Source of the DNA: Octopus vulgaris
Lineage: Eukaryota
Assembly (NCBI GenBank): GCA_951406725.2
Contig: OX597815.1
Location: forward strand, 52,142,001-52,206,000
Direction of reading: 5' to 3'
Length of the DNA: 64,000 nt
Both the position numbers and the translations under genes were made by a program. The notes beneath the pieces were generated by a model. It ran no database searches. It was given only the letters and a program-made list of their open reading frames with translations, and was not told the origin of the DNA. Shown in pieces: positions 53,558-64,000 of the stretch (its first letter is position 1; every line of letters starts with the position of its first letter).

Positions 53558-54502
53558 GATGGATGGTTGACTAAAAACAATCCTCTATGGGCTCTAGGAC
53601 AAATCGGGGTTAAATCAGGAACAAAAACAGGTGCAATCCTTGTAGGAGTAGGCAACAGCAGACTAAAACAGAGAGTTTGGGCTGAGCCGAATCACAATCC
53701 AATATTGAAAGCAGACGGTGCAACGAGTCGGGAACCCTTCCTAATTGTCTGAAGCAGCTTTAGGATAAGGGATAGTATGTCCAAACTTTAGAATATTGAT
53801 ATGCATGTAACATGTTCCACACGATTAAATATCACTTGACGTGCCATTTAGTACTTCAATAATTGCATCTGCGCATGTTTGAATACTGTGTTTATGTGCG
53901 AGAAGGCACATGTTTTTGTCTATTGTTAAATTAGATTATTAATTTTTCTTTTTTATTCTCACGTTTTTCCCTTTTAAAGTATTTCTTTTTAAAGTAAATT
54001 ATACGTTGGAGGGAGGGCTGGGGGTTTGTTTTTATAGTAAATTCTCTTTTCTCCCAGCACAGAGAAAGAAAGGGATTTTTCGTTGGTGCCACCGGTATAC
54101 TTCAGACCCGGAGAAAGATATTTCGGTTTCATCGTGAACTTGAATGTTTCTAATTGTAGCGATAGTAGTAACTGCAGTAAATTCTGATAGCAGCAGTAGT
54201 AAATAGCTCATGAAGTGAGATGAAGAACGGTCGGTCAAATAGAGTTCAAATTGACCGCAACAGTGTTGATGGAACTTGTGAAACAGTGACCTTGACTTTG
54301 AGAAAAATCAAAGGAGGGGCCGACTATAAGCAGTACTTGTGAATAGAGTCATGTACGAGCAGAGCAAAACTATAAATAGTATTTTTCTTTTCTTTTTCTT
54401 TTTTTCAGGAAGGGCATGTGGTCATAGTACTCTCATCTGCCCAATGTAAGCATGGGAAAGTAGATGTTAAAATGATGATGATTAGGATGATAATGATGAT
54501 GA

Positions 54503-54556
<54 letters not shown>

Positions 54557-55299
54557 TTACATACACATATTACTTGTATTACATATATTATTTATATGCA
54601 TGCAGATGCACACACATATATTTAGAACTGATTTATTTCTTCTTATTAATTCAATTTGAACAAGAAGTCTTTATTTGACTCTTTTTAATACTGTTCTAGA
54701 CTAAATATTGGTATTTTCTTAGCAATAAAACGTTTTGTTGAAATTAAGCTAAAGACTACTTAACAATATAAATGTAATGATAATATTATTGATTTCTAAT
54801 GGTGACACAAGGCCTCAATTGACTGGGTCTTTAGTTTATCGACCCAGGAAGTAATAAAGACAAAGTTTTCTTTATTATTCATGTACTGAGAAATACTTCA
54901 ATAGGTTCTTTCCGAATAGAAAGAGTAAGTACATCTTAGAAAACATGTATAAAAATGTTCAAAGTTAACAAAACTGTTCAATGTTAACAAATGGTGTAAG
55001 AGAATGTCTAGCAATATTTACATATCCTAGTTTTCTTAATTTCTAGGACATGTCTGTGTCTAACCTTATAGGCAATTTGTCAATATCCTTACTGAAATGA
55101 TTGTGTCTTATTCCTTTCACACCAATAAAAATGGTATGATAGACAAATTCTTTAAATGCTGCAGTGTTTTTAATTCAACCGCTAGGCTGATTTCATTACT
55201 TATTTTCAATGTTGTTCCTGCACACTAATATAGTTATTTGGTATTGCTAAGTCAAGTATTACTAGTAGACTATTGAAATTCTATCATGGAAATGCTGAG

Positions 55300-56100
55300 C
55301 TTATATATTTTATGGTTCCTCTCTATGCTGAAGTTCCATAGTATATACTTTGTTCTGTCAATTTCTAAGGCTCATATGAATACCACAGTGTTTTTTCTTT
55401 TCTTTTTTTTTTTCTTTGAAAGACTTGAAATATGGTAGTTAAATGTAAGTAGAGCAGCTTTGATATATTATTGTATTTTGCTGAAGCTAATGTAGGACTT
55501 CCTGACAACAATGTGGTGTGTGGTTTTATAAAATGCATAACATAGATGACATTTGTTACCTGAAGGTATTGCAGCTTTTCTTTTTGATGAAGCTATTGCT
55601 GTGGGCCTGCTCTTGTGATAGGAATGTTGTTGCTTATCTTGCTTCAATTAGATTAGATTTTTTTACCCCCAGACCAGATTTAGTTTGTTAAGAAAAGGCA
55701 TACCTTTATAAGCTGTTCACAAGAGTTGACCTATTCCCCTACCCCAGCATGTCCAGTATATCAGTGTTTGCTAAGTTTAAACTTTAGATAACTAGAAATC
55801 TTATCTAATTGCTTATGGGAATTTGTTCCTATAGTAATAATTGATTTGTTATCTTTTGTATCATCCCAGTCAACAAGAACATTCAGTAGGCCTTCTTATG
55901 AGTTGTAAAAGTAGTTGGCAACATTAATAATTGCCTTTTTAAATTGCTCCCAGGTACTCAGATGTCACAAACTTTACATGGGTTGTGCAGCAGTTGGGTA
56001 TCAGGCTTATTGTGTGGGCTGCGGTTTTTCTTAGTAGATTTCTGTATGAGGGTTTATGGAATCTAGGTCTGTTGCATTCTAGACCAAAGCTGTAGAACCA
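55300..56100 (-). pseudogene. Possible very old Penelope-like C-terminal (thumb/GIY-YIG) relic
   Basis: Only scattered minus-strand peptides (STWEQF, YYRNKF, NVIY); heavily interrupted. Confidence 0.25.
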
Positions 56101-56739
56101 CAAGTTATGACTTGAACTGCATATGTGTGAGCAACACAGACAGTATTTCTGTAAATGACATGAGTTTTTAAACATTTTAAAATTCTAATAGCAGCACAGG
56201 CTAGGTTCCTTGCCACTGATGAAATATGACACTTTATGGTATTATAATATCTGGTAGTGTTAATATCTAAACTGTTAACATTGTTATTTATAACTACATC
56301 GTCAACAATAATACCACTGTGATTATTTATGGTAATATCTTTACTATTATTAATACACCCACCATTTTCTCCTGTTTGCAGCATTAATAAATTAAAGTAA
56401 TGAAGACTAGTAAATGTTTATGAAGGTGATTCTCTTATAAAAATTGGCACCACTGAAAATTTTTTTCCAAGAAGGTGTCACTTTCTTACAATAGCAATCC
56501 AAAAGTTGGTAGATTTCAAATTGAGTTTGTAATTGTGTGAAGTCAATTTTGTTTGATAAAATCATGAATGATTTGCATGTTATTTACCACTTTATTAATT
56601 GTCAACCATTTCTTTAACAAACCCATGTCACTGATCTTTTCAATGGATGTGGCCAAGTATCTGTTTCATTCTTGATGTGTAACTCATCTGCAACTATTTC
56701 TGAATTTGTTTCTAAAATGTGAGTAGCCAGGCAGCTTTT

Positions 56740-58570
56740 TTTACAGCTGGTCACCACTCCATCCTACATCTTTCTATGTCTTCCTATACCAAAGGTACCA
56801 TCTACTTTGAATTCTTTGCACTGTTTAATGGCTGTTGTTATCTCCAAACATCACATATCCATAGCAATAAAGTCTTCTTCCTTGCAAACCTCATCTGATT
56901 CCCTTTATATACAACTTCTTTCTCTAGTCACTCACACTCTGTTGTTTGTATATATTGATATTACACATCCAGTAAAGCATGCTCACTTCATTTCTGTCTA
57001 ACTTTTGCAGATCTTCTGCAAACAGGGATTAGGTTATGTCACCATGTAATATTTCCCTTCTTGCTCAAGCATCATACAGTTTGCCTTTTATTCTTAGGGA
57101 GAATCCCTTTGTAGCCAGCAGAGGTAGTGGTTAGCTGAATTATTTCTACCCCTTTCTTAAAATGGCAACTATACTTTCAGAACACTTACCCATGCTACTT
57201 AGTAGGTCACCTTAGTAATAAAAGCCATTGATTGCTTAGTGAGAGCCTTCTTGAGAATCTATTTCCCTGAAATATTCTATGCTCAATACATCTGGCACCT
57301 GGCACATATGAAGGCTGTCTTTTCTGTTAGCCTACTGGTAATTGTACTTCACCTCTTGTGTGTGCATATTTACACTGCATTCACTGTAAGACTTTCTACC
57401 AAGTCCATTCCTTAACAACATCAGAATCTTGATAAGTCTACTTATCATAATTTTAGTTTTGAGCTAAATTTACTTAAATGTTTTGCACATATGTCTTCCA
57501 CAAATTTTGTAATAAGAAGGAGGTCATCTTGGAGTTTCCATGGGCAAGCACTTCTAAACTTGTCTATTATAGGTTGGAGGACTATAATTAATAGGTGTGG
57601 GCTGAGGTCTGAGTCCTGCCGGACCCCTACCTAACATTGTGACTGCCCCTTCATACATAGCTTGTACAAATCTCCTAGCAATTCATCTAATCCTAGCTTC
57701 CTTAGTGCTCATAAGATGAGTGAGCAAAATATCCAGTCAGAAGCTTTCTCCATGTCTATGAATGCTAGGTATAGGGGTTTATTTCTAGTTAAGTATATTT
57801 CTTGTAGTTGTTTTACTATAAAGATGGCATCTGTGGTACCTCTTCCTGGTACAAAACCAAGCTGCATCTTGTCTAGGCTAATCCTGCTCTGAATAAATTT
57901 TGCAATAACTTTTCTGTAACTTTCTAAATCTGATACAACAATTTGACACTGCTGTAGTTTCCTCTATCTAGTACATTTTCTTTATCTTTGTAACAGTTTA
58001 CAATAATGTTGCTACACCAGTCATTGGGTATGACACCTATTACCTAACTGATTATTCAAGTGACTAAAATATACCCTATTTCACAAGATATTTTTAACAT
58101 CTCAACAACCATTTCTGATGGACAGTTACTTTTCCTGCTTCCTTATCCTTTATTACCCTATCTACTGATCTCAACTCAGATGGTTGGTCCCTCTGTTGGG
58201 CCTACATGTGGAGGACTCATTTTCACCAATGCATCCTTTACATTCAAGAGTCTCTCATAGTAGCTCTTTCTTTTCAATGTTAATAAAAGCAGGTGAATTG
58301 TTATCACTCTAGAAACACTTCTCAATGACATCTTTATTCTTTCTAATATAGTTTCATTGTTCTGAATATCTTACAATTCTGATCCTCTTGCTGCAAATTT
58401 CTTTATTTCTGTTTCTTCCATTTCCTAGTATATTCACCATCTACATTCTCTTCTAGCTGTAATATATTTTATTTGCTACCTTCTTTTCTTCCAGTCTACC
58501 TGGGCCTGTCTCTTATCTTTTATTGCCATATCTACAGCACTATTCCACCCCATCTTACTTTGGTATCCAG
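56740..58570 (-). mobile_element. Old, diverged RTE LINE fragment (RT region)
   Basis: Reverse complement reads MQLGFVPGRGTTDAIFIVKQLQEIYLTRNKPLYLAFIDMEKASD at ~57735-57870, collinear with 8400-10350. Confidence 0.85.
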
Positions 58571-58698
58571 TAAAAATTCCCAGTTTTTCTTTACATTATA
58601 GGTGTGTATGTGCATATGTGTATAAATACACACTCACACACTTACACACATAAGCACACACACACATACATACATACATACATACATACATACATACA

Positions 58699-58729
<31 letters not shown>

Positions 58730-58744
58730 GCACACATGCATATG

Positions 58745-58776
<32 letters not shown>

Positions 58777-60599
58777 TACACACACACACACATGTATGAA
58801 TTTATGAAAATATGTACTTTGTACTTTTTCCCTGTCAGATGTATGAGGGAAAAATATTGCAAATAGGAAATCTTAATTTTGTATTTCAACTTTTAGCTTT
58901 GTTCTTTAATGTGAACTTTGATCATTTATCATTGTTATATAACATGGTTATAAGACATAGAAAATTCAATATAGAACATTTATTTTCCAAGATATGGCAA
59001 CAATTGAAATTGTCTTCTAACTGACAAATTGTTAAATATTCATGACATAGCAACAAGATAAGTAAGCTGACTCCTTGCATTCCCACAATTCCAGTTTGTA
59101 TTGAAAGAAAAGCAAAAAAGAAGAAATTAAAAAACAAAAAAAAACTCAGCTTTTATATTCTTATGGAGTATGATAATAAGATAATGGCATTGAATAGGGA
59201 ATATCTGCAGCGATTGGAGAAAATAAGAAGAGCATAATTCATTGGATATGTAATATTAACTTGTATAGAAGGTAAAGCAAAAATGAAGATGAAAGAAAAA
59301 GAGCAGTAGGGGCATTTAAAAAAAAAAAGTAATAGAAAAATATCAGTGATATTCAGGAGAAAGGATGATTCTGGTATTGTAAATGAACAATGAGTACAGA
59401 GTGAAAAATGTCTAAATCTTTTGTATAGCGACTATGTCCGAATAGTGGAAGACTGTGGAGTACAAGAAAGAAGTGGGGAGGTTAGCTCGGAGTCATTCAC
59501 TCCTTAATTACACAGACACTAGAAGGTTGATGAGTATGATGACAATAATGGTGATGATGATGTTGGGGACAATGATGATGATGATGATGGTGACAGCGAT
59601 AGCAAAGACAGTGGAGCTAGCAGTGATGACAACAATGATGATGATGATGATATATTGAATTAGTGTAATTAAATAAAATGTAATTTCCAAAGTTAGTCCA
59701 AAATAATAGTAAAATAGCTAACGGTATGCTATCACAACATGACTGGACATCAACAGACCTTGCCTAAAGTCTCTATGCAATTTTCAGTCCTTTCTATCAG
59801 TAACTGGAACCCTCTTAAACCCCTTCTCTCCTGAGTCAATATTTTGCCTCTAGCCACTAACTGGTTAATATGTTAAATTTAACATTAACTCCACTTTGAG
59901 ATGCAGCTTGTAAGTTTCATGGGAATTTGGTCTTGCAACCAAAAGGCTGAGAGGTTGAACTGTTTGCTTCCATTCCCTTATGTCAATGGCAAAAACAGTT
60001 CGCAAATAATGAAATTATATCTGTAAACTAAGAATATCATGGAGAAACAACACTTATCGCTATATGCAATGTAAGTATTTTTTATGTAATAGATAAGTAG
60101 TTTGTGAGTACAGAGTTGAAACTGTTAAAAATAGCAGCTAAATCACCTTCAATTTGCACATACTCAACTGCCTTAAAAAATGAAAAATATGTTGGACAAT
60201 GTGACCTAAAAATAGAAGTGATCATGGCCTTTGCATGCCCTCCTTTATTGGTGAGGTTGATGCCATTAACGTTTGTCTTGAATCTTTGTAAAACACCTGT
60301 GGGAAAGACATGAGCAGAGAGGGAATTTCAGAGAACTAATATTTTGAGAAAGAAGGACTGGGTGTAGTGATAAGGGTAGGGACCTGTGGATGGAGATGAA
60401 CAAAACAAGGGTGAAAAGAAAAGAAGGTATGATTTGGATGAGAATGCCTGAGTGAAAGTGGCATGAGTCTGGCCAATTCGAAAAGGTGGGAAAGTCTTTT
60501 ATGTTTGAAGCCAACAGAAAGGAACACGAGGAAATAAGCAGAGAGAGAATAAAAAAACTTGTGGATTTAATGGTCAATCATGGCGACTGTGTATATATA

Positions 60600-61115
60600 T
60601 ACATGGTGGCTGCCCCTTCGTTATCGAGTATGGCCATTGCACGAAGCTTAATCAATGTTATCATGCAATGCCTGTGCAAGATTTTTTTTAAAGTGAGGAA
60701 AGGCTGTGCACTGAGTCAATCCCACTCACTAAGCAACAGCAGCCATAATTCGAAAAGAAGAACAAATCAACATCATCGGTAACCACTGAGCCGCAGGTTT
60801 TATGTCGGAGTTATCCCAGTTACCTGAGTTACCTTCTCCTAGAAGGATGCCCTAACAAAGGCTAGGAGTCCTTCACTCCCAATGGTTTAACTGCACGATT
60901 AGGTATTCAGTCCAATTATTTCTATGTCCCTGCACATGATACAGTCTTACGACATTTATTGGATGGCCGTTGACTCTCAAGAGTTCCTCCACCCTTTGAC
61001 GGGTTTTGTTTTTCATCTCGCAGGGCGTCCAATAAACACCCTCCTCACCAAGCAAGCTTGGTGGGGTTGCCAGTTTAGTTGCCGACGACCCGACCATGCA
61101 ACAGGTTGTACGTGC
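60600..61115 (-). mobile_element. Non-autonomous element resembling an RTE 5'-UTR-derived SINE
   Basis: Minus strand contains gggcatccttctaggagaaggtaactc, similar to the recurrent RTE 5' UTR motif GGCAACCAGTCTAGGAGAAGGAAAACTC. CpG-retaining and non-coding. Confidence 0.45.
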
Positions 61116-61512
61116 TAGAGGAGCGCTAAGAGTACCATGATCGTTGCCAGAACAACAAGCTGCCTCCATGCTGGTGGCACGTAAAAAACACCTTTTGAGC
61201 GTGATCGTTACCTGCGTCGCCTTAGAGGCACTTGTGCTGGTGGCACGTGAAAAAACATTTGAGCAAGGTCGTTGCCAGTGCTGCTCGACTGTCTCCTGTG
61301 CAGGTGGCACATAAAAAGCAACATTTGAATGTGGCCGTTGCCAGTAGCATGTAAAAGCACCCACTACACTCTCAGAGGGGTTGGCATTAGGAAGGGCATC
61401 CAGCTGTAGAAACCCTGCAAAATCAGATTGGAGCCTGGTGCAGCCATCTGGTTCAAATCGTCCAACCCATGCTAGCATGGAAAGCGGATGTTAAACGATG
61501 ATGATGATGATA
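61115..61512 (+). mobile_element. RTE 3' UTR fragment with ~65 bp tandem units and (GAT)n tail
   Basis: Same units as 10625-10870, then ggttggcattaggaagggcatccagctgtagaaacc...catggaaagcggatgttaaacgatgatgatg. Confidence 0.8.
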
Positions 61513-61873
61513 TATATATACACACACACATGTATATGTATATATATAAATATATTAAAGAATGGAGTTGAACGACGAATTAACAAAATTCCTTTATTTT
61601 CAACATATGTTTCGAAGGCTGCATGTTCCTAATTGCGAAGGAATAAGGAGTATATTATGCCGCTTTCTATATTATATATTATATATTATGCCGATACCCA
61701 GGTATCGGTTAACCGAATTATCCATAACTACTATAAATAAATATATGTGTCTGTGTTTGCCCTTCATGCCCCCACTTGACAACTGGTGTACTGGTGTTGG
61801 TTTGTTTACATCCCTGTAACTTAGTGGTAAGGTAAAAGAGACTGATAGAATAAGTGCCAAACTAAAAAGCTAA

Positions 61874-62318
61874 TATAGGAAAAATATATATGCGACTGTA
61901 CATAAGGAGTTGGTTACAAATGTCTTCTTTTGAATGCCGCACAGTCGTCCCTAACATAATAAGAAGTCATATACATAATATAACATACAGTGCCAAAAGA
62001 TATAATGAAGGACGACAAGCTGTTCTACTGTTTGAGAGAGAAGAAGACTTTATTAACACAGTGTACAAAGTGAAAGTATTGTGAGTGCTAGCGTAGTGTT
62101 GTGTATGAATGCATGCGCATAGTATTTGTGTCTGTGTGTGTCTGTGTGTGCGACAGAAGGTACAGAAATAAGTAGAGAGACAAACCGCACTAGAATGCCA
62201 ACCAATCAGAGCAGTGGACACAACAGGGTCAAACTAGCCAAAGATGGTTGTAATCTCAAACGAGATCATTCCTAATGTGTCTCTCAAACAGTGAGGATAT
62301 CAGATATGCTACCCTACA
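61874..62318 (-). mobile_element. Possible solo LTR inserted into a SINE family A tail
   Basis: Splits the SINE between gataagtgcc..aaaaagc and tactgg..gctccagcatgg. Ends t(a)tagg...cctaca. CCAAT motif and minus-strand AATAAA present; no clean TSD. Confidence 0.4.
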
Positions 62319-62810
62319 TACTGGAGAAACCCAAGGCAGTGCTCCAGCATGGAAACAGTCCAATGACTGAAACAAGTAAAAGATAAAAGACAAAATAAAG
62401 AACTTTCTTTTTTAACATACAGAAATATACAGTACAGATATTTAGTAACCCACCAGTAATTCTGAAGTTATCAGAATAAATGCTTTAAAACTGAGCAATT
62501 AACAATATTTATTTTATTCAATTACTGTAACTAATATTTTATGAAGTTTTGCTCTAGAAAGGCCCATTAACCAAATATAATAATTAAACATCAAATAGTT
62601 CTATATAGCAGTAACAACAAAGCTAAGCCCTAAAAGCCCTTAATAGCTTGTGAGGGAGGCACCAGTTTTAGATCTTGCTGCCTAAAATCCTAAGGTCAAT
62701 AAAGAAGTCATACCCGTATTTAGATCATAGTACATACCAGAAGTGGATGTTTGCTGTTCATTCCATCTTCAAACTCCATGGAAGATTGTAATAAGTTTGT
62801 GTGCATGTGC

Positions 62811-62859
<49 letters not shown>

Positions 62860-63904
62860 TGAGTGTGTGCTTTATTTAGCTGTGGTCAGCAGTAAACATT
62901 TACAACTGCCCGTGAGTAACTAATGGACAAAGTTTCACAACTGGTTAGTCAATGAATGAACCTCTGATGAGTCAAAATTAACTAAACGAATAACTCATAC
63001 GTATATTATCATGCATATATCATCATTATCATCATCATCATCATCTACATCTGCTTTCCAAGCTGGTATGGGTGGGACAATTTGACAGGATCCAGTGAAG
63101 CGTAAAGCTGTGTCGAACTCCAATGTCAGCTTTGTTGTGGTTTCTACAACTGGAGGCCCTTTCTAACACCAACTGCTTTACAAAATACACCAGGTGCTTT
63201 TTCCATACCACCAGCACTAGTGAGATTGCTGTATAACATGCAAGACAGAAAAAAGAACAGGGAAAAGGAAAAAGAAAAAGCTCCCAATATTAAAAAGGGA
63301 ATATTTGAGAGGGACAGGTGGAAGTAGGTGGCTGTATGTCAAGTGATGAAAGGCTAAAATATGATAGAGGGACAAGTACTGATATCATGTTATAGAGGAG
63401 ATACATGGCTGGAGGAGATAATGGAGTAATTATTTCTTTCTTTATACATTTCAGTAATGTCTGAGAGATAGCTATTACACAATATGTTGTATAAAAATCA
63501 CCTGATATCACATCTTCAGAAGTGAAAGCAATAAAAATATTTTACTCTATAGACATTTCATTTTATGAATATGTATATAAGTGCAAATACATCCTTGTAA
63601 GTATATATTAGAATGTAATATAATATGTTGAGTTCTAAATAAATGGTTATGTTGGCATGCCTTGTAAAAGCTCATTAACAACAACAAGAACAACAATAAT
63701 AATAGCAATCCTTTCTACAATAGGCAAAAGGCCCGAAATTTGTGGGGAGGGAGCTAGATGATTACATCAATCCTAGTGTTCAACTGGTACTTATATTATG
63801 GAGCCTGAAAAGATAAAAGGTAAAGTCAACCACAGCAGAATTTGAACTCAGAACATAACTACAACAACAAAAACTACAACCACTACACAATAATGATAAT
63901 AATA

Positions 63905-64000
63905 GGTATGACTGTGTAGTAAGAAGTTAACTTACCAGTAACATGGTTCTGGGTTCAGTTCCACTGCATAGCATCTTGGACAAGTGTCTTCTACAATAGC
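63905..64000 (+). mobile_element. SINE family A head (runs off the window)
   Basis: gactgtgtagtaagaag...catggttctgggttcagttccactgc...ttggacaagtgtcttctac. Confidence 0.8.

Larger units (their letters stand above)
49126..54404 (-). mobile_element. Apparently full-length, young CR1-clade LINE with (CTAA)n tail
   Basis: Two large ORFs, a short 3' UTR and a (ttag)n tail at 49126-49149. It splits an older repeat (…ggggttgata|tcag … tcag|gaagggcat…), with tcag at 49122-49125 and 54405-54408 as a possible TSD. Confidence 0.92.

Noticed and set aside
61020-61115. HDV-like ribozyme at the 5' end of the RTE-like element
   Set aside because: Hairpins are present (caccaagc/gcttggtg; agggtgt/acgccct), but I could not build the nested double pseudoknot or find the L3 motif.
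60873-61478. 201 aa minus-strand ORF
   Set aside because: Spans the junction of two unrelated repeats, including antisense RTE 3' UTR units; a chance ORF.
62960-63000. CTGATGAG hammerhead-like start
   Set aside because: No closing stem II, GAAA or stem I partner could be formed.

Overview
AT-rich, microsatellite-dense animal DNA. The SINE families and repeat landscape point to an octopus-type cephalopod genome (inference from remembered repeat sequences, not a database search). No host protein-coding gene could be identified, so the window looks intronic or intergenic. Nearly all short ORFs are translated microsatellites or repeats. The main contents are: (1) a young, near-intact, GC/CpG-rich full-length CR1-clade LINE on the minus strand (~49.1-54.4 kb) with ORF1 and an APE-RT ORF2; (2) R4/Dong-clade site-specific retrotransposon pieces inserted in (TAA)n; (3) a decayed RTE LINE with a PHD-like finger inside its RT region, plus further fragments; (4) a DD37D (maT) mariner relic; (5) hAT, Tc1/mariner, Helitron and Helentron-like non-autonomous elements; (6) Penelope-like RT relics; (7) dozens of SINEs. 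Two signals stand out. Three unrelated fold-back palindromes have their symmetry axis on a hammerhead-ribozyme core, and more hammerhead remnants lie elsewhere. The CR1 ORF2 has no usable AUG and overlaps ORF1 in the -1 frame across two canonical slippery heptamers.
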